Of a DNA stretch of 64,000 bases, positions 58,358 through 64,000 are shown piece after piece. How positions within the stretch are numbered: the first letter of the stretch is position 1; the number at the start of each line of letters is the position of its first letter. Source of the DNA: Lachnospiraceae bacterium (GTDB lineage Bacteria; Bacillota; Clostridia; Lachnospirales; Lachnospiraceae); NCBI GenBank assembly GCA_024698865.1, contig JAILQS010000015.1, forward strand, positions 10,284 to 74,283, given 5' to 3'. The notes under the pieces were generated by a model. The model was given only the letters and a program-made list of their open reading frames with translations, had not been told where the DNA came from and did no database searches. The position numbers and the translations under genes are program-made.

Positions 58358-60124
58358 ATGGCACTGGATGGAATCGTAATTGCAAATGTTGTTTTTGATT
58401 TAAATAAATTACTGTCCGGCGGACGTATTAATAAAATCGCGCAGCCGGAAAAAGACGAACTTTTACTGACCGTAAAGGCAGACAAACAGTACCGTCTTCT
58501 TATCTCTTCGGGAGCCAGCCTCCCTTTGATTTACCTGACGGAAACGAACAAACCCGGTCCGCTGACTGCGCCTAATTTCTGCATGCTTCTTCGTAAGCAT
58601 CTAAACAGCGCACGCATTCTGGAAATTACCCAGCCTGACATGGAACGCATCGTTCAGATTAAGATTGAACACCTCAACGAACTCGGAGATGTTTGTACCA
58701 AATATCTGATTGTCGAATTAATGGGCAAACACAGTAACATTATTTTCTGTGATGATCAGTACAAAATTATTGATAGCATCAAGCACGTATCCGGAATGGT
58801 AAGTTCTGTTCGTGAGGTACTTCCGGGAAGGGATTATTTCATTCCCCAAACCCAGAACAAAAAATCCCCTCTTACAACAAATCTTACCGAGTTTACGCAG
58901 TTGATGCAGTCAAAGAACCATACGATTGCCAAAGCAATCTATACTTCCTACACCGGAATCAGTCCCCTGATTGCCAACGAAATCTGCCACCGCTCCGGTA
59001 TTTTCCCGGATACCTACACGGAAGAATTATCCCGGGACCTTCTGACTCATTTGTATAACAATTTTTCTTTTTTAATAGAGGATGTGAAAAACGGTGCATT
59101 TACCCCGACGATCGTTTATGACGGACAGACACCGGTGGAATTTTCTTCGGTTCCCCTCACCGCTTACGAAAGCAACGGCAAAACGGCTACCACCTATGAT
59201 TCCGTATCCGATGTACTAAAAAACTACTATCGCCGGAAAGAGCAGCTTACCCGCATGCGCCAGAAATCTTCTGATTTGCGTCATATCGTGTCTACCGCGT
59301 TGGAACGTGTCAGCAAAAAGTACGACTTACAGAGCCGCCAGCTAAAAGATACCGATAAGCGTGACAAATACAAAGTATACGGTGATTTGCTGACCACCTA
59401 CGGATACCAGGCGGAACCGGGAAGCAAAAGTCTCACCTGTGACAACTACTACACCGGAGAAGAAATCACGATTCCATTAGATGAAACGCTGTCTCCTCTC
59501 GAAAACGCCAAAAAATATTTCGACCGCTATGCAAAATTAAAACGAACCTTCGAGGCCTTGAGCGTACAACTGAAGGAAACTGCAAATGAGAAGGAACACT
59601 TAGAATCCATTCAGGAATCTTTACAGATTGCCACCGATGAAGATGACCTGCTTCAGATTAAACAGGAACTAACGGAATACGGATACATAAGAAAACACTA
59701 TACTTCCAAAAAAGGACCGAAAAGAAAAAGCACCAGTCATCCTCTCCACTATATTTCTTCCGACGGATATCATATTTACGTTGGAAAAAACAACTACCAG
59801 AACGAAGAACTTACATTTAAATTCGCAAATGGCGGGGACTGGTGGTTCCACGCCAAGAAAATACCGGGTTCTCATGTAATCGTTAAAAATGACGGCAATG
59901 GGGAACTCCCGGACAGAGTATTCGAGGAGGCTGCCATGCTGGCCGGCTATTACTCAAAAGGCCGTGATATGGACAAGGTCGAAATTGACTACATCCAAAA
60001 GAAACACATCAAAAAACCGGCTGCTGCCAAACCGGGGTTTGTTATTTATCACACAAACTATTCGATGGCAATCACACCGGATATCAGTCATCTGACATTA
60101 GTAGACGGAAAGGAGTCACAATGA
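58358..60124 (+). CDS. rqcH: ribosome quality-control protein RqcH (NFACT family / FbpA-like)
   Basis: Begins MALDGIVIANV, with GRINKIAQP (NFACT-N), a coiled-coil middle and C-terminal NFACT-R (WWFHAKKIPGSHVIV). ATG at 58358 has AAAGGAG upstream. The ORF-track ATG at 58319 lies inside the -10 box. Confidence 0.9.
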   Translation: MALDGIVIANVVFDLNKLLSGGRINKIAQPEKDELLLTVKADKQYRLLISSGASLPLIYLTETNKPGPLTAPNFCMLLRKHLNSARILEITQPDMERIVQIKIEHLNELGDVCTKYLIVELMGKHSNIIFCDDQYKIIDSIKHVSGMVSSVREVLPGRDYFIPQTQNKKSPLTTNLTEFTQLMQSKNHTIAKAIYTSYTGISPLIANEICHRSGIFPDTYTEELSRDLLTHLYNNFSFLIEDVKNGAFTPTIVYDGQTPVEFSSVPLTAYESNGKTATTYDSVSDVLKNYYRRKEQLTRMRQKSSDLRHIVSTALERVSKKYDLQSRQLKDTDKRDKYKVYGDLLTTYGYQAEPGSKSLTCDNYYTGEEITIPLDETLSPLENAKKYFDRYAKLKRTFEALSVQLKETANEKEHLESIQESLQIATDEDDLLQIKQELTEYGYIRKHYTSKKGPKRKSTSHPLHYISSDGYHIYVGKNNYQNEELTFKFANGGDWWFHAKKIPGSHVIVKNDGNGELPDRVFEEAAMLAGYYSKGRDMDKVEIDYIQKKHIKKPAAAKPGFVIYHTNYSMAITPDISHLTLVDGKESQ

Positions 60125-60927
60125 TTTTATCAGATTACCACGTACACACCGCTTTCTCATCCGATTCCGAAGCTTCGATGGAGGAAATGATCCAAAAAGC
60201 CATTTCTCTCGGTTTTGACCGCTGTTGTTTTACGGATCATATGGACTTGGATTTTCCTGCTTATGAGGGATGGGATTTTGTCTTTGACTGTGACGAATAT
60301 TTCGACACCCTAAAACAGATGGAGGTCAAATACGGAAACAAAATCAAAATTATCCGCGGCATTGAAATGGGAATCAAACGCGGAATCGAACAACGTGCAA
60401 GCGAATTAGTAAACCGCTATCCTTTTGATTTTGTCATTGCCTCTTCTCATCTGATTGATAATGTCGACCCTTACCTCCCGGAATTTTGGGAAAACAAAAC
60501 TGAAGAAGAAGCCGTAATGGAATACTTTGAAAGCATCCTGCAAAATGTTGCAAACTACAAAGATTTTGATGTATACGGTCATCTGGATTACATTATCCGC
60601 TACTCTCCTTACAAAGGGGTTTCGTACCAATCTATGGATATCAGAGAGATTTCGGATAAAGTTTTAACCGCAATCATCGAAGCAGGAAAAGGCATCGAAA
60701 TCAATACCGCCAGTCTTAGAAAAGGATTTTTGCATCCTCATCCAAGACCGGATATTCTCAAAAGGTATTTTGAACTTGGTGGTGAAATTATCACCATAGG
60801 TTCTGATGCTCACAGCGTTGCCGATTACGCCGCCGACTTAAAATATGCAGATGATTTGTTAGACCGGTTAGGCATTTCCTACTACACCGTTTTTGAAAAC
60901 AGAACTCCAATTATGGTTAAACGATAA
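60121..60927 (+). CDS. PHP-family histidinol-phosphatase (HisJ-like)
   Basis: 268 aa with DYHVHTAFSSDS, SSHL, GHLDYI and GSDAH metal-binding motifs. The start overlaps the rqcH stop (ATGA). Confidence 0.82.
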   Translation: MILSDYHVHTAFSSDSEASMEEMIQKAISLGFDRCCFTDHMDLDFPAYEGWDFVFDCDEYFDTLKQMEVKYGNKIKIIRGIEMGIKRGIEQRASELVNRYPFDFVIASSHLIDNVDPYLPEFWENKTEEEAVMEYFESILQNVANYKDFDVYGHLDYIIRYSPYKGVSYQSMDIREISDKVLTAIIEAGKGIEINTASLRKGFLHPHPRPDILKRYFELGGEIITIGSDAHSVADYAADLKYADDLLDRLGISYYTVFENRTPIMVKR

Positions 60928-60931
60928 CTGT

Positions 60932-62071
60932 TTACGGTGTTATACTTCTTAAATAATGTACCGATTGTACAATGGCATCTACGACATAATCAATCTGACG
61001 TATTTTCATATCCGGTTGAATCGTAAAGCGAAGACTGTTTCGCACCGCTTCTTCATCCAGCCCAATTTCGGTTAACACGTGTGAGGGCTCTGTGTTACTG
61101 CTGTTACATGCCGAACCTGCAGAAGCCAGGATTCCCTGTTCTTCCAGCAATGCCAGTAGCGCGTCCCCTCGCACTTTATCAAATGTAAAATGAATGTTGT
61201 TGGGAAGTCTGCACTTCCTGCTGCCATTTAGATGGACACCGGATATTCTTTTTTCTATTTCATGAATCATATAATCTCTAAGCATGGTCTCATGCTTTAT
61301 TTTTTCCTCCATTTTATACATCGCCATTTCACACGCTTTGCCAAAGCCGACTATTCCTGCGACATTTTCTGTTCCGGCGCGTTTTCCTCTCTCCTGCTCC
61401 CCTCCTTTAATCATCCCCAAAAGCTCCATTTCTTCTCGTACATATAAGAATCCGACACCTTTTGGTCCACCCAGTTTATGTGCTGCCCCGCTTAACATAT
61501 CCACACCGGTTTCTTTTACGCTTAACGGTATTTGTCCAAATGCCTGTACTGCATCACTATGGAAGGGGACTTTTGCTGCACCTGTAAGCCGGCTGATTTC
61601 TTTCAGCGGTTCTACCGTCCCGATTTCATTATTTGCGGCCATTATACTGACCAGGCAAACCTCCCCCAAAAGCAATTCTTTCAACCGTTCCAAATCAATT
61701 ACTCCGTGACAATCCACCCCCACCAACTCTACCGGCACCATTTTGTCACGCCTGGCGGCATGCAACACCGCGTGGTGTTCGATTGCCGAAGTCACCAGCG
61801 TTCCTCTCCGCCTTCCGACACACGAAAAAATCGCCCAGTTATCAGCCTCCGTTCCACCGGAGGTAAAGAATATTTCCTCCGGTTTTGCCCCTATGACCCT
61901 TGCAACCGATTCACGTGCATTTTCCACCGCATCCCGACATTTTCTTGCCGGCTCATAATTGGCAGAAGGGTTATAATACTGTCTCGTCAGATACGGCTCC
62001 ATGGCTCGAAGCACTTCCGGCTTCATCTTTGCAGTGGCAGCATTGTCCATATAAATCCAATTCTTCAACAT
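60932..62071 (-). CDS. cysteine desulfurase (NifS/IscS-like, class V aminotransferase)
   Basis: 379 aa with YMDNAAT, FTSGGTEADN, PLP-Lys context SGAAHKLGGPKG and active-site Cys SAGSACNS. Confidence 0.9.
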   Translation of the reverse strand: MLKNWIYMDNAATAKMKPEVLRAMEPYLTRQYYNPSANYEPARKCRDAVENARESVARVIGAKPEEIFFTSGGTEADNWAIFSCVGRRRGTLVTSAIEHHAVLHAARRDKMVPVELVGVDCHGVIDLERLKELLLGEVCLVSIMAANNEIGTVEPLKEISRLTGAAKVPFHSDAVQAFGQIPLSVKETGVDMLSGAAHKLGGPKGVGFLYVREEMELLGMIKGGEQERGKRAGTENVAGIVGFGKACEMAMYKMEEKIKHETMLRDYMIHEIEKRISGVHLNGSRKCRLPNNIHFTFDKVRGDALLALLEEQGILASAGSACNSSNTEPSHVLTEIGLDEEAVRNSLRFTIQPDMKIRQIDYVVDAIVQSVHYLRSITP

Positions 62072-62190
62072 TCTTACTCGTTTTCATATCCTTACTAACA
62101 TTTTATGAGAAAAAGTTCTTTGTTGTGTATTCGGATTTATTGTGTTCAACTCGCATATATTAAACTGATACTTCGTATAGGAATGCCGAA

Positions 62191-63672
62191 ATGAAATCAC
62201 ATTTTCAAAATGCACTGATTAAAGGAACACTGATTCTGACACTCTCCGGCCTGATTACCCGTTTTATGGGCTTTTTCTATAAAATATATTTGTCACGGCT
62301 TTTAAGCGCTGACCAGCTTGGAATCTACCAGCTGATTTTTCCGGTCTATGCAATTTGTTTTACGCTGTTTGGTTCCGGCATACAAACAGCCATTTCCCAG
62401 TTGGTTGCCAAATACCGGTCGGACAAAACAAAGCAACAGCATATTCTTCTTACCGGTCTGTTCCTATCGCTCTGCGTAGCATCTCTTTTGTCGATTCTTG
62501 TTTTTTTCTGGTGTGAACCGGTTTCTGCTTATCTGCTTATGGAAAAAAGGACAAAGCACCCCCTTAAAGTCCTCTCTTTTGCCTTTTTGTTTTGCAGCAT
62601 TTCTTCCTGTCTAAACGGTTATTATTATGGAAATAAACAGACTTCTTTACCTGCCTCCACTACACTTGTAGAACAAACCGCACGCATCCTGTTCGTTTTC
62701 CTTCTTCCACAAAAACTGTCCGCCTTTCACGCCGTATGGGGAATTGTATTCGGGGAAGGTTTGTCTGCCCTCTACTCCCTCTTTTATTTTCTTCACTTTA
62801 CAAAGCAAATAAAAACTACGGGATTTGCTGTGGAGCGCATTTTCTTTTCCCTGCAAAGTCATATCCGCCCGGTACTAAAGCTCTCTTTGCCGTTATCTGC
62901 CAATCGCTTCGTTGTAAGCCTTCTTAACAGTATAGAAGCCGTACTTATTCCTTTTCTTTTGAAGGACTTTGGGTTAAACAGCAAAGAGGCGCTAAGTGTA
63001 TATGGTATCTTTACCGGTATGGCAATGCCCTTTATTCTGTTCCCGTCAGCTTTGCCAAGCTCCCTATCCGTGCTCCTTTTGCCAACCGTGTCGGAAGCCA
63101 GTGCCAGAAAAGAAGAGTCACACATACGAACGCTCTCCGAAAAGACCCTTCATTTTTGTCTGTTGATTGGTATTTTCTCAACTTCGCTTTTTTTCTTTTA
63201 CGGGTTCGACTTTGGGCAACTGTTCTTTCACAATGACTCCGCCGGCATGTTTTTACGTACACTGTCTTTTCTCTGCCCTTTTATGTACCTTTCCATCACC
63301 GTAAGCAGCATTATCAACGGATTAGGTTTCAACCACATCACGTTCTTTCATACCTGTATCGGACTCACACTCCGTATTGTCCTCATTATGTTTTTGATTC
63401 CCTCCAATGGAATCTATGGATACCTAATCAGTCTCCTTGTAAGCCACCTGACCATTTGCTTTCTGAATTATCACTTTTTAAAACGCAAGATGCAGTTTTC
63501 TGTTTCCACAAAAAAGAGCATCCTCTATCCGACGCTGTTCTCCCTCCTAATTGGGAGCGCATCAAGAGTAATGCTCTTAAGTATACATAATCTCTATATT
63601 TCGTTGGGATTGTTCCTGGTTGGAACACTTGCCGTATGTGGAAGTCTGCTCTCTGACTCCATATGGAATTAA
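62191..63672 (+). CDS. MOP-superfamily flippase (SpoVB / polysaccharide biosynthesis / MurJ-like)
   Basis: 493 aa with about 12-14 TM segments. The N-terminus (ALIKGTLILTLSGLITRFMGFFYKIYLSRLL) is typical of SpoVB-type proteins. Confidence 0.8.
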   Translation: MKSHFQNALIKGTLILTLSGLITRFMGFFYKIYLSRLLSADQLGIYQLIFPVYAICFTLFGSGIQTAISQLVAKYRSDKTKQQHILLTGLFLSLCVASLLSILVFFWCEPVSAYLLMEKRTKHPLKVLSFAFLFCSISSCLNGYYYGNKQTSLPASTTLVEQTARILFVFLLPQKLSAFHAVWGIVFGEGLSALYSLFYFLHFTKQIKTTGFAVERIFFSLQSHIRPVLKLSLPLSANRFVVSLLNSIEAVLIPFLLKDFGLNSKEALSVYGIFTGMAMPFILFPSALPSSLSVLLLPTVSEASARKEESHIRTLSEKTLHFCLLIGIFSTSLFFFYGFDFGQLFFHNDSAGMFLRTLSFLCPFMYLSITVSSIINGLGFNHITFFHTCIGLTLRIVLIMFLIPSNGIYGYLISLLVSHLTICFLNYHFLKRKMQFSVSTKKSILYPTLFSLLIGSASRVMLLSIHNLYISLGLFLVGTLAVCGSLLSDSIWN

Positions 63673-63694
63673 GCATTCTTACCTTTGCATTCTT

Positions 63695-64000
63695 CTATTC
63701 ATGCAATTCTATCGGCAAATCATCCGGATCTTTGAAAAATGTCATTTTGGCATTCGTAAGTGGATCAATTCTCACCGGCTCTGTCTCTATGCCCAGTGCA
63801 TTTAATTCCTCTACCGTTTTATCGAAATCATCCGGACGGAAAGCCAGATGTCTCAAACCACACGCCTCCGGATAGGACGGTCTCTTTGGGCTGTTTTTTA
63901 TGCCAAAGAGTTCAATCTCGATATCACCGGCTTTCAAATCCAGTTTGTAATCATCTCTTTCCTTACGATAGGTTTCACGTATGATGGGCAGTCCCAAAAG
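63695..64000 (-). CDS. VOC/glyoxalase-family protein, C-terminal part (runs off the window)
   Basis: The end (GLRHLAF...FFKDPDDLPIELHE) is typical of vicinal-oxygen-chelate folds. The true start is probably beyond position 64000. Confidence 0.6.
   Translation of the reverse strand, partial: LLGLPIIRETYRKERDDYKLDLKAGDIEIELFGIKNSPKRPSYPEACGLRHLAFRPDDFDKTVEELNALGIETEPVRIDPLTNAKMTFFKDPDDLPIELHE

Overview
The window looks like a low-GC Firmicute chromosome of Clostridia/Lachnospiraceae type. I estimate about 40-42% GC by eye and have not computed it. Coding density is high and mostly on the minus strand, and almost all genes are core housekeeping. They include an aroF-tyrA-aroA operon and a dcw cluster (mraZ-rsmH-ftsL-2xPBP-mraY-murD-ftsW) with a clear MraZ operator. 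They also include lgt, ychF, the B. subtilis-type priA-def-fmt-rsmB-rlmN-prpC-prkC-rsgA-rpe-thiN run, murE-murF-dapF, yicC-remA-gmk-rpoZ, rqcH, a NifS-type desulfurase and a SpoVB/MurJ-like flippase. I saw no rRNA, tRNA, CRISPR array, transposase, integrase or phage genes. Four things stand out. (1) Cyclic-di-GMP parts are embedded in the core operons. A three-gene block (degenerate HD-GYP, beta-propeller hybrid kinase with Hpt, intact HD-GYP) sits between ychF and thiN. A PilZ gene is translationally coupled to rpe. A second hybrid kinase carries a degenerate GGDEF-like module. No active cyclase is visible. (2) Two orphan secreted proteins lie at 45.8-49.5 kb, one of them clearly GC-richer than its surroundings. 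On one side is an iteron-like array of 5 direct plus 1 inverted repeat fused to a 140-bp nested palindrome. On the other is a 156-bp rod-like palindrome with 7-bp flanking direct repeats, which could be a structured RNA or a MITE. (3) A 21-bp tandem repeat sits inside the murE-murF spacer. (4) The intergenic arrays and palindromes are read directly from the sequence. The domain calls are motif-level inferences made without database searches.
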